A stretch of DNA of 64,000 nucleotides from a virus, in the IMG/VR virus record IMGVR_UViG_3300030685_000017, positions 60,608 through 124,607 of that record, one strand, 5' to 3'. Shown in pieces: positions 27,430 through 37,025 of this stretch. The notes under the pieces are model-generated. The model worked only from the letters and a program-made list of their open reading frames with translations. It searched no databases and had not been told where the DNA came from. Every line of letters starts with the position of its first letter. Position 1 is the first letter of the stretch. A program made the position numbers and the translations under genes.

Positions 27430-27458
27430 GGGGGAGTATTTGAATAAAATACTCCCCC
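27430..27458. terminator. GC-rich hairpin closing the ncRNA cluster
   Basis: GGGGGAGTATTT/AAATACTCCCCC; weak U-tract. Confidence 0.55.
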
Positions 27459-27481
27459 ATATTATATAAAGGAGAATTAAT

Positions 27482-30400
27482 ATGGGATTTTCAGGAATGC
27501 ATAATCATTCAGTACATTCTAATTATAGATTACGTGATGCACTTGGGAAAGTGCCAGATATTATAGAACGTGCACATGAATTAAAATATAAAGGAATTGC
27601 CTTTACAGAACATGAATGTATCACATCATCACTAGAAGCTAATAAATTTTATTATGCCCATAAAGATTTACCAGAGTGGGAAGGATTTAAAGTTATTCTT
27701 GGTAATGAAATTTATTTATGTCCAAGTAGTGTTACATCTGAAAATAAAAAAGAAAACATTTATCCTCATTTTATATTATTAGCTAAGGATGAAATTGGTC
27801 ATAGACAAATAAGACAACTATCAACTATAGCGTGGTCACATTCTTTTATGGATATTATGATGCGTGTACCAACATATTATACTGATTTAGAAGAGATTAT
27901 ATTGCCAGAACAAGGGCATATAGTTGGATCTAGTGCTTGTCTTGGTTCTAGTATAGCAAGACGAATTTTACAATTACCAGAACATCCAGAATATTATGAA
28001 TCTTGCCTTGAATGGTGTACTTATATTAATAGTATTTTTGGTCAAGGAAATTTCTTCTTGGAAATGCAACCTAGTAATAATGAAGATCAAATCTATGTAA
28101 ATAAAATATTATTAAAAATATCACAAGAATTAAATATTCCATTTATTGTGACTACTGATACTCATTATATTAGAAAAGAAGATCAGAAAATACATAAAAT
28201 ATTTTTAAATTCTCAAGATGGAGATCGAGAAGTAGATAGCTTTTATGCAAGTACTTATATGATGTCAGAACAAGAAATTCATGAATATATGGATGAATCA
28301 TTATCTTACGATATTGTGCGACAAGCTATAGATAATACAGATTTAATTTATGATATGATAACAGAATATAATTTGGAAAAACCCTTACATATTCCATATC
28401 TACCTAAAGATTTAACTGAACCAAATCAATTCTCATTAGATAAATGGAAAAAACAGATACCTCTATTTGAATACTTTTTTTATTCTAAAACTAGTAGTGA
28501 TAGACATATGGCTAGGGAATTACTTAAACATTTAGATGATGATATAGATTATCAAAATGAGCAAGGTTTTAAATCTATTTCAGAATGCCTAGAAGCTATA
28601 AAATTATCATCGGAAAAGATGAATGTGCACTGGTCAGCGTATCTAATGCAATTACGTGATTATATTAAGATTGCATGGGATTGTGATACACTAGTTGGAG
28701 TTGGAAGAGGATCTGGTGTTGGTTTTTGTTTATTACATATGTTAGATATTACTCAAATTAATCCATTAAAGGAAAATACAAAAACTTTTTATTGGAGATT
28801 TATGAATCCTTATCGTACTTCTGTACTTGATATTGATACAGATATCCAATCAAATAGAAGAGATAAAGTAATTGAAGGACTAAAACAAGCTTACGGAGAA
28901 GATAGAGTCTCTAAGGTCATGACAATAAGTACAGAGGGTACTCGTAGTGCTATTCTTACTGCCGCTAGGGGTCTTGGTATAGACAATGATGAAGCTCAAT
29001 ATATTGCATCATTAGTAGTTGCAGATAGAGGTCAATCTAGGACTTTAAAACAAATGTATTATGGTGATGAAGAAAATGATTATAAGCCAGTATATGACTT
29101 CATTAAAGAAATGAACGATCATCCTGATCTATGGGATGCCGCTCAAAAAATTGAAGGTGTAATAAATGGAGTAGGAAGTCACGCAGGGGGAGTAGTTATT
29201 GTAGACGAACCATTTTATAATTCTACTGCTTTAATGAAAACAAGTAGTGGTGATGTTATTACTCAATTTGATTTACATTCATTAGAAGATGTTAGTCTTA
29301 TTAAAATTGATTTATTATGTATAGAAGCTCTTGATAAAATTAGAGCTGAATTAGATTTATTATTAAAAGATAAAGTAATACAATGGCAAGGTTCTTTAAA
29401 AGATACCTATGAAAATTATTTGGGAGTATATAAAATTGAACGTAATAATACAGATATGTGGAATTGCTTATTACAACATAAAGTTTTTTCATTTTTTCAA
29501 ATGGAAAAAGATTCTGGGTATAAAGCAATATCTATTGGTCAGCCACAAAGCGTAGATGATTTAGCCGCTATTAATACTGTTATGAGACTTATGCCACAAA
29601 GTAAAAATGATATTGCGCCTATTGATAAATTTGGTAAATATAAAGCTAATATAGATTTATGGTATGAAGAAATGCATAAAGCTGGATTAACATCAAAAGA
29701 GCAAAAATTACTTGAACCTATATTGGTTAGTTCTTATGGAGTATGTCAATCTCAAGAACAAATGATGCAAGTTGTACAAGTGCCCGAATGTGGTGGATTT
29801 GATTTAGTTTGGGCAGACAGTCTTAGAAAATCTGTAGCAAAGAAAAATCCAAAAGCTTTTAATAAACTTGAAGAAGAATATTTAACTACAGTAAAAGAAA
29901 AAGGACTATCTCAAAATTTATGTAAATATGTATGGTATACACTTATTTATGGTCTTAGAGGATATGGATTTCCTGCCAGTCATGGATTAGCATATAGTAT
30001 GATAGGATTACAAGAACTTAATTTATATTATCATTACAATCCAATCTATTGGACTTGTGCGAATTTAATCGTAGACTCTGGTTCTAGTGATGAAAATACA
30101 GAAAATAAATCTACTAATTATGGTAAAATAGCTATCGCCGTAAATACGATTAAAAAGACGGGAGTTACTATAGCTAATCCATTAATTAATAGTGCTAAAT
30201 TCGGCTATATACCCGATATTAAGAACAATCGTATTATTGTGGGGTTAAAGGCAATTAATGGCATAGGAGACGATATAGCGCAGTCTTTAATAGTCAATGC
30301 GCCTTATACTTCTTTTCAGGACTTTTGTATTCGTATGATTGATACAAAAATTGTGTCCAATTCTCAAATGATTGCTTTAATAAAAGCAGGATGTTTTCTT

Positions 30401-31405
30401 GAACTTGATAGTGTAGATCGTATGAAGACTATGTCATATTATATTAATACTTATTTATTTTCTAATACAACTAAATTAACTATGTCTCAATTTGCTAAAA
30501 TCCAAGAATTTAATTTAATACCTTTAAAATTACAAGAAATTGTTAAGATTAATAATTTTAAAGATTATGTATTAAACGAAGATGGATTTATAAAGACAAT
30601 AATAGAACCAAATAAAAAAATTATTCCTAAATGTGGTTATCATGATAGGTGTTTTTCATTAGATCATAATTCTCAAGCATTCTTTCAAAAACATTTTTCA
30701 GAAGAAAGTGTAATTGGAATTGAAAAAGGTTTTTATTTAATTTCTGAAAAGAAATTTTTAAAAGAACTTAATTTAAAATTACAACCCCTAAGAGATTGGT
30801 TTGAACAAGAAGAAACTTTAAATTTATATAATCAAGCCATGTTCGATAATATCTTTATGGAAAAAGTTAAAAGTAATAATGTAAATAAATGGTCTATGGA
30901 TGTGTTAACTTATTATGACAATGATCATGAATTAAAAGACATTAATAATCAAAAATATGATATTATTAATTTTACAGAACAACCAGAAATTCCAGAAATG
31001 TATGATAGTTATAGCAAATATATTAACGGAGTAAGACATATATTTCCTAAAAAAACAATTCATAGAATTGCTGGAACTGTTATTTCAAGTGATAATAATC
31101 ATGCACAAATTACTCTTTTAACAGTATACGGTGTAATAAATGTAAAACTTAATAAAGGTCAATATGCTTATTATGGAAAACGTATTTCGAAAACTGATAA
31201 ATCTACAGGAAAGAAACACGTTATGGATGAAAGTTGGTTTAAGCGTGGTACTTTATTATTGGTGTGTGGATATAGAGAAGAAGCTATTTTTAGAGCATAT
31301 CGTTATAATGACACAGTATTTACACATACAGTTAATAAAATTATAGAAATTAATAAAAATCATGAACTAATAATAATAAACGAGAGGGGTGATACCGGTG
31401 AGTAA
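27482..31405 (+). CDS. dnaE: DNA polymerase III alpha subunit (DnaE-type)
   Basis: PHP HNHS.HS, GRGSG, DIDTD, HAGGV, KIDLL, GYGF..SH..AY. Confidence 0.95.
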   Translation: MGFSGMHNHSVHSNYRLRDALGKVPDIIERAHELKYKGIAFTEHECITSSLEANKFYYAHKDLPEWEGFKVILGNEIYLCPSSVTSENKKENIYPHFILLAKDEIGHRQIRQLSTIAWSHSFMDIMMRVPTYYTDLEEIILPEQGHIVGSSACLGSSIARRILQLPEHPEYYESCLEWCTYINSIFGQGNFFLEMQPSNNEDQIYVNKILLKISQELNIPFIVTTDTHYIRKEDQKIHKIFLNSQDGDREVDSFYASTYMMSEQEIHEYMDESLSYDIVRQAIDNTDLIYDMITEYNLEKPLHIPYLPKDLTEPNQFSLDKWKKQIPLFEYFFYSKTSSDRHMARELLKHLDDDIDYQNEQGFKSISECLEAIKLSSEKMNVHWSAYLMQLRDYIKIAWDCDTLVGVGRGSGVGFCLLHMLDITQINPLKENTKTFYWRFMNPYRTSVLDIDTDIQSNRRDKVIEGLKQAYGEDRVSKVMTISTEGTRSAILTAARGLGIDNDEAQYIASLVVADRGQSRTLKQMYYGDEENDYKPVYDFIKEMNDHPDLWDAAQKIEGVINGVGSHAGGVVIVDEPFYNSTALMKTSSGDVITQFDLHSLEDVSLIKIDLLCIEALDKIRAELDLLLKDKVIQWQGSLKDTYENYLGVYKIERNNTDMWNCLLQHKVFSFFQMEKDSGYKAISIGQPQSVDDLAAINTVMRLMPQSKNDIAPIDKFGKYKANIDLWYEEMHKAGLTSKEQKLLEPILVSSYGVCQSQEQMMQVVQVPECGGFDLVWADSLRKSVAKKNPKAFNKLEEEYLTTVKEKGLSQNLCKYVWYTLIYGLRGYGFPASHGLAYSMIGLQELNLYYHYNPIYWTCANLIVDSGSSDENTENKSTNYGKIAIAVNTIKKTGVTIANPLINSAKFGYIPDIKNNRIIVGLKAINGIGDDIAQSLIVNAPYTSFQDFCIRMIDTKIVSNSQMIALIKAGCFLELDSVDRMKTMSYYINTYLFSNTTKLTMSQFAKIQEFNLIPLKLQEIVKINNFKDYVLNEDGFIKTIIEPNKKIIPKCGYHDRCFSLDHNSQAFFQKHFSEESVIGIEKGFYLISEKKFLKELNLKLQPLRDWFEQEETLNLYNQAMFDNIFMEKVKSNNVNKWSMDVLTYYDNDHELKDINNQKYDIINFTEQPEIPEMYDSYSKYINGVRHIFPKKTIHRIAGTVISSDNNHAQITLLTVYGVINVKLNKGQYAYYGKRISKTDKSTGKKHVMDESWFKRGTLLLVCGYREEAIFRAYRYNDTVFTHTVNKIIEINKNHELIIINERGDTGE

Positions 31406-34400
31406 TCAAATTAATATTTCAGGTACTATTACAAATATTAAATATTATAAAAATAATTTTGGAATTATAGAAGTTGGTATTACTAAAGTATTTTCCGGTC
31501 AACCCTATAGTAGTATTGTTACTTTTGCTGGTAGTATGTTTGATGTAAAAGCAGGATGTTCTTACAGAATTAAAGGAAATTTTTCAGATAATGAAAAATA
31601 TGGAAAACAATATAAAATAATTTCTATATCTGATAATTTCATTTTTAATGAAACTGATATCATAGGACAAAAAAAATTCTTATTAAGTGTTTTTACAGAA
31701 GGTCAAGTAGAGTCTTTATATCGTCTTGCTAATCCATTTAAAGCTTTAATGGATAAAGATTTTACAACTTTAGTTACAGCTAAGGGTATAGGATTAGCTA
31801 CCGCAGAAAATATGATAAATAAATTTTATAATCATTTAGATTGTGCAAAAATTTATGTAGAACTAGAACAATATAATTTAACAGATATCATGGTTGCTAA
31901 ATTAATGGATACTTATCATTCTGCTGAACTTGTAATTTCAAAAGTTCAAAATAATCCTTATATCTTATGCCAAGAAGTATATGGAGTAGGATGGAAAAAA
32001 GCTGATAGAATTGCTTTAGATGGTGGAATCGTTTATAATGATAAACGAAGAATAGAAACTTTTATTAAAATGTATTTGAATAATTGTGGCAATAATGGAT
32101 ATTCTTGGGTTTCTCCGGAAGTCTTATTACAAGATATTATTGAAAATTTAGGAGAAGAAATTACTGACGAAGAAATATCTTCTGTAATACATGACTTAGA
32201 TGAAAGTAAACAATTGCATATTTCAGAAGATAAAACACAAATAGGATTACAAAAATATTTCGATCTTGAAAATGATTTAGCTAAAGAAATGATACGTATT
32301 AGAGATGGTAAAAATGAATTTCAATATGATGATTGGGAAACAGATATTAAAAACCTTGAATTAAAACAAGATTGGGAATTTAATAAAGAACAACATACCG
32401 CAATAGAAACTTTAATTAAAAATAATTTGGTTCTTATTACTGGTATGGCTGGTTGCGTAGATTGTGACACAGAATATTTTAATGGAGAGGTCTGGAAGAA
32501 AATTTCAGAATATCAAAAAGGAGAGAAAATATTAGTATATAATGATGATGATACGTCTGAACTCGTACTTCCTCTTGAATATATTAAAAATAAAACCAAT
32601 TCGCTTTTTAAATTCAATAGTATACATCTTAACCAATGTATTAGTTATCATCATAATTTTTTATATAGCAAAGAAGAAGGAGAAAAATTAATATCAACCA
32701 ATATTCTTTCAATTATAGATAAACAAAACCAAGAAGGAAACTTTAAAGGTTATATTAAAACAGGTTTTTATACAAAAGAAAAAGGAATACCAATAACAGA
32801 TGATCAATTAATTGCTTTTGTAATAGGGATGTTGAGTACAGACATTAATAATTATACTTTTTTACCAAAACGATATCCTACTTGTTTTTATATTACTATA
32901 GGAAATATAGAATTAGCAGAATATTTAAAAGAGACTTTACAACGTATAGATAAAAAATTTATAATGTATAATTACGGTGAAACTCAAAATATGTCTTGCT
33001 TCTCCTATAAAAATATTTTAAAACAATATACATTTGGAAATTGGAGTTATAAATGTAATTTACATCAACTAAATGTTATTTGTGACGTAATAATGAGAAT
33101 GAATGATGTAAAATATATTTCTTCTGAAAAAAAGATTATATCCTTTATAAAAACGGTAAAATGCTATTCAAAAATTAATTTGGATTTTATCCAATATGCT
33201 TTTTCCGCAACAGGTCATAATGCAACATTTATGTCAGCTGGTATAGGAGATACGGTATTGATATTAGAGGTAAATAATTCTCCTTACATACCATTTAATA
33301 GAGACTGTAGTTTAGATAAAAGAGAAATATTACAGGAAATACAAGAAGTATATGCTACAGATGGATATGAATATTGTTTTAGAGTACCTAGTGAAAAATT
33401 AATTTTAAGACGCAACCATAAAATTTTTATTACCGGTAATTGTGGTAAAACTTCTACAGTAAATGCTATATTAACTGTATTGGATGGTAATTATCCTTTT
33501 GCTCAAACTGCATTATCCGGAAGAGCCGCCGCTAAAATGGCAGAAGTCACAGGAGAAGATGGATGTACTATACACCGGTTGCTTGGATCTGATTCTAATA
33601 CTTTTGCATATAATTCTAATAATCAATTACCTTATGATATTATTATCGTAGATGAAATTTCAATGATTGACAGTAAACTATTTTTATATTTATTAAGAGC
33701 TATAAAAACTGGATCTAAAGTTATTTTACTTGGAGATCACGGACAACTTGAAAGTATAGGTAGTGGAAATGTCGCTTATGATATTTTACACTCTACAGAA
33801 ATACCTACTGTTATACTTACAGAAATTTATAGACAAGCGTTAAGTTCTGCAATTATTACAGAGAGTAGAAAAATAAGAAATGGGGTTCAAATTATTTCAA
33901 AAGATTATTGCGGAATAGAATCTAGGGGAGAAAAAAAGGATTTTATAATAGATTGTTATAATGATAAAACTAATACCTTTTATAAAATTATGCAACATTT
34001 TTCTAAAGAATATATTAAATATGATAATCCATTAGATATTCAAATTTTATCTCCTGTAAAAACAAGAGGAGATGCTAGTATATATAAATTGAATATTGCA
34101 GTACAACAATTTATACATCCTTTAAATTCAAAAAAAGAACATTTCTTAACCTATTTTGAGGGGGAACCTTATACTATTCAAATTGGAGATAAAGTAATAA
34201 ATACAAAAAATAATTATAAAACTAATCCTCCAATTTTTAATGGAAATATTGGTATTGTAGAAGATATTATAAAAGAAGATCAGATACAAGAAGATGGAAG
34301 TAAAATTCATGTAGACCAAGTTATAATAGACTTTATTGGTATAGGAAGAGTCAAATTAAATAAAGATGCATATAGTGGATTAGTTCTTGGATATGCCATT

Positions 34401-34643
34401 ACTGTACATAAATTTCAAGGATCTAGTGCTAAAGTAGTTATTATTGGTATTGATAGTTCAGCTTTCATGATGCTTTCACGAGAATTATTATACACCGCTA
34501 TTACTAGAGCAGAAGAAAAATGTATTCTAGTTGCACAAAATAGTGCTTTAAGATATGGTACTTCTAAAGAACAAGTTAATAAAAAACAGACTTATTTACA
34601 AGAGTGTTTAACTAATGCAACACGAAAAACATTAGATTGGTAA
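31389..34643 (+). CDS. RecD2-like SF1B helicase with intein
   Basis: HhH motifs, split Walker A GMAG|CGKT, IVDEISM, GDHGQL, YAITVHKFQGS, YTAITRA. Confidence 0.9.
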   Translation: MIPVSNQINISGTITNIKYYKNNFGIIEVGITKVFSGQPYSSIVTFAGSMFDVKAGCSYRIKGNFSDNEKYGKQYKIISISDNFIFNETDIIGQKKFLLSVFTEGQVESLYRLANPFKALMDKDFTTLVTAKGIGLATAENMINKFYNHLDCAKIYVELEQYNLTDIMVAKLMDTYHSAELVISKVQNNPYILCQEVYGVGWKKADRIALDGGIVYNDKRRIETFIKMYLNNCGNNGYSWVSPEVLLQDIIENLGEEITDEEISSVIHDLDESKQLHISEDKTQIGLQKYFDLENDLAKEMIRIRDGKNEFQYDDWETDIKNLELKQDWEFNKEQHTAIETLIKNNLVLITGMAGCVDCDTEYFNGEVWKKISEYQKGEKILVYNDDDTSELVLPLEYIKNKTNSLFKFNSIHLNQCISYHHNFLYSKEEGEKLISTNILSIIDKQNQEGNFKGYIKTGFYTKEKGIPITDDQLIAFVIGMLSTDINNYTFLPKRYPTCFYITIGNIELAEYLKETLQRIDKKFIMYNYGETQNMSCFSYKNILKQYTFGNWSYKCNLHQLNVICDVIMRMNDVKYISSEKKIISFIKTVKCYSKINLDFIQYAFSATGHNATFMSAGIGDTVLILEVNNSPYIPFNRDCSLDKREILQEIQEVYATDGYEYCFRVPSEKLILRRNHKIFITGNCGKTSTVNAILTVLDGNYPFAQTALSGRAAAKMAEVTGEDGCTIHRLLGSDSNTFAYNSNNQLPYDIIIVDEISMIDSKLFLYLLRAIKTGSKVILLGDHGQLESIGSGNVAYDILHSTEIPTVILTEIYRQALSSAIITESRKIRNGVQIISKDYCGIESRGEKKDFIIDCYNDKTNTFYKIMQHFSKEYIKYDNPLDIQILSPVKTRGDASIYKLNIAVQQFIHPLNSKKEHFLTYFEGEPYTIQIGDKVINTKNNYKTNPPIFNGNIGIVEDIIKEDQIQEDGSKIHVDQVIIDFIGIGRVKLNKDAYSGLVLGYAITVHKFQGSSAKVVIIGIDSSAFMMLSRELLYTAITRAEEKCILVAQNSALRYGTSKEQVNKKQTYLQECLTNATRKTLDW
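32454..33440 (+). mobile_element. intein (329 aa) in the RecD2 P-loop
   Basis: Starts CVDCDTEYF, ends RRNHKIFITGN, +1 Cys; removal restores GMAGCGKT. Confidence 0.9.
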
Positions 34644-34644
34644 T

Positions 34645-34673
34645 TTGACAAATTATTAATTATATGATATAAT
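34645..34673 (+). promoter_or_regulatory. consensus sigma-A promoter
   Basis: TTGACA-17-TATAAT with extended TG. Confidence 0.85.
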
Positions 34674-34700
34674 GGTCTTACAACAAACGAAAGGAAAGTT

Positions 34701-35336
34701 ATGGCAAATTATTTAAACAAATATGTAGGCACTTATCGCGTGATTAGCGAATATAGTAAATCAACAAATAATTATCCAAGAGAACTTGATGGATCAATTA
34801 GTGATAATGATTTATATATAGTATGTAAATATCATTGTAAAATTTATGCTTTTGGTGGTTCTACATTATGTTTCTATTGTCCGTCTTTAAAACATGGTAG
34901 AAATTTATTACATAAATTACAAACTGATAATTTAATTAATTTAATTGAATCTATTGAAGAAACAGATAGTGAAGTAACTTTAAGTTTCTCTGATAAGAAT
35001 TTCCAAGCGTTATTTAATTATTTTAACCCAAGCAGTTATGGAGCTTCTATAAGACCGCATAGTATTAAAAATTTACCTACAGTAAAATATGAAATACCAG
35101 AAGAAGATAAGCAAATTTACAAAAATTTAATTGCTTCAAAAAATATATCACAAATAGAATTGGTTAGACTTTCTAAGGGTTTTATAAAAAGTATTTCAAC
35201 TAAAAAGAAACCTGAACAATGGTATAATGATAATATGAGATTACAAGGGATCTCTGGAATAAAATATATTCATTCTATGGGACTTTGGTTAAAATTTTTA
35301 GACTATATTAAAAAATTGGAGGTCAAGCGTGCATAA
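34701..35336 (+). CDS. hypothetical protein
   Basis: 211-aa ORF with SD GAAAGG. Confidence 0.7.
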   Translation: MANYLNKYVGTYRVISEYSKSTNNYPRELDGSISDNDLYIVCKYHCKIYAFGGSTLCFYCPSLKHGRNLLHKLQTDNLINLIESIEETDSEVTLSFSDKNFQALFNYFNPSSYGASIRPHSIKNLPTVKYEIPEEDKQIYKNLIASKNISQIELVRLSKGFIKSISTKKKPEQWYNDNMRLQGISGIKYIHSMGLWLKFLDYIKKLEVKRA

Positions 35337-35940
35337 GAAGATTTTATATACCACTATAGTTTATATTATGACATTTAATTTATATTTACCTGTTAATGCT
35401 CAATCTACAATTTCTGGAAATGATATAAATTATACGGTACAAGAAGATAAAAATGAGAATTTTAAAAATGATATTATATCTTTAAACAGGGGTAACTATA
35501 CAAAAATTGAATATTTAAAACGTTATAAATTAATTATTAATAAATATAAAGATTTACAAGGAGTACCAAAAACTTTAGAAGAAACGTTTACCCCTTTACA
35601 AATAAAATACATGGAAAAATGTATTGAAACGGAAGCCTTTGAATGTAGTTTTGCGTCTAAAGTAAATCATGCTAATGTAATATTTAATAGACTGGATAAT
35701 CCAAAAATATTTTCTGATAATCCTATAAAAATAATTAAAAAGCCAAATCAGTTTAAATATGGACGTAATATAATTAGTGATGATACTGTACAAGCTTTAG
35801 AATATGCATTTTATTTTCCAGATACTACTTATGGTAGTACATTATTTGAATCTGGTGGAGACAATAAATTATCAAAATATGGAGATTCACAATTTACAGA
35901 TGATTCAAATACAACATATTATGTAATAAAAAAAGATTAA
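35329..35940 (+). CDS. SleB/Hydrolase_2-like cell wall hydrolase with signal peptide
   Basis: IETEA...ANVIFNR...II..PNQF motif. Confidence 0.7.
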   Translation: MHKKILYTTIVYIMTFNLYLPVNAQSTISGNDINYTVQEDKNENFKNDIISLNRGNYTKIEYLKRYKLIINKYKDLQGVPKTLEETFTPLQIKYMEKCIETEAFECSFASKVNHANVIFNRLDNPKIFSDNPIKIIKKPNQFKYGRNIISDDTVQALEYAFYFPDTTYGSTLFESGGDNKLSKYGDSQFTDDSNTTYYVIKKD

Positions 35941-36000
35941 GATACTCATAAAATGAATATATTTTATTATAAAAGGAGAAAAAATGAGAGGATTAATAAT

Positions 36001-36588
36001 ATGAATAAGAAATTAATCATTGTTATAGGAAGAACAGGAACGGGTAAATCTACTTTATGTAGAGCTGTAGCAAATGTGAATCATATGAAGATATTAAAAT
36101 CGTATACCACAAGAAAACCAAGAGCTAATGAGATAGATGAATCTGATCATATTTTTATTTCAGAACAAGAAGTAGAACAATATAAGGATATAATGATAGC
36201 TTATACTGAACGTAACGGTTATTGTTCATTTACTACGAAAGATCAACTTTATGAAAATGATATTGTGATATTAAATCCTAGTGGATTTCTTGAAATATAT
36301 GACAATATTCTTAAATATAATTTACATATTGATTTAATACCAATTTATATTAGTACTCCATTATCTGTTATTAAAGAACGAATTAAAACACGTGGAGATA
36401 GTGAAAGTTGGAATGCAAACAAAGAAAAAGAAAACCAAGAATTTACAGATTTCGAAATTAATTATAGAGAACAAGTATACCATATATTAAATGATGATGA
36501 TATAACAACTGTTGCTATAAAATTTAATAATAGAATACAAAAAGCTTTAACAGATACACATTATAATTTATTCAAAGGAGATGCGTAA
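36001..36588 (+). CDS. guanylate kinase-like nucleotide kinase
   Basis: GRTGTGKST, SYTTRKPR..E, H.FIS. Confidence 0.85.
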   Translation: MNKKLIIVIGRTGTGKSTLCRAVANVNHMKILKSYTTRKPRANEIDESDHIFISEQEVEQYKDIMIAYTERNGYCSFTTKDQLYENDIVILNPSGFLEIYDNILKYNLHIDLIPIYISTPLSVIKERIKTRGDSESWNANKEKENQEFTDFEINYREQVYHILNDDDITTVAIKFNNRIQKALTDTHYNLFKGDA

Positions 36589-37001
36589 TGAGTAACAATT
36601 ATACAACAGTCTATTTGTCTGGACGTACTAAGGACATTGATCCTCAATTAAGTATGAAATGGAGAAAAGACATACAATTTCGATTAGAAGCCACGCATTT
36701 TAGATGTTTTATTCCTGATGAACATTATACTTATCAAAATCAAACTCCAACAGGAAAAGAGTGTATGCAATTATTTTTACATCAAGTAGAATTATGTGAT
36801 ATATTTATTGTAAATTTAAACGATACTGATATTTCTGTAGGAACGGGAATGGAAATTTCTTTGGCATATTATTTACATAAACCTATTATTGGATTTGCAG
36901 ATAATAATTCTTACCTTTGGATTAAAAATATGTGTGATGTGATTGTAAAGAACAAAGAAGAAGCAATTGAATATATATTACAACATTATTCATTTATTTA
37001 A
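36588..37001 (+). CDS. nucleoside 2-deoxyribosyltransferase-like protein
   Basis: VYLSG, CD...VNL, SVGTGMEI..A...KPIIGF. Confidence 0.8.
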   Translation: MSNNYTTVYLSGRTKDIDPQLSMKWRKDIQFRLEATHFRCFIPDEHYTYQNQTPTGKECMQLFLHQVELCDIFIVNLNDTDISVGTGMEISLAYYLHKPIIGFADNNSYLWIKNMCDVIVKNKEEAIEYILQHYSFI

Positions 37002-37025
37002 AATAAAACAAAGGAGAAATAGTTA

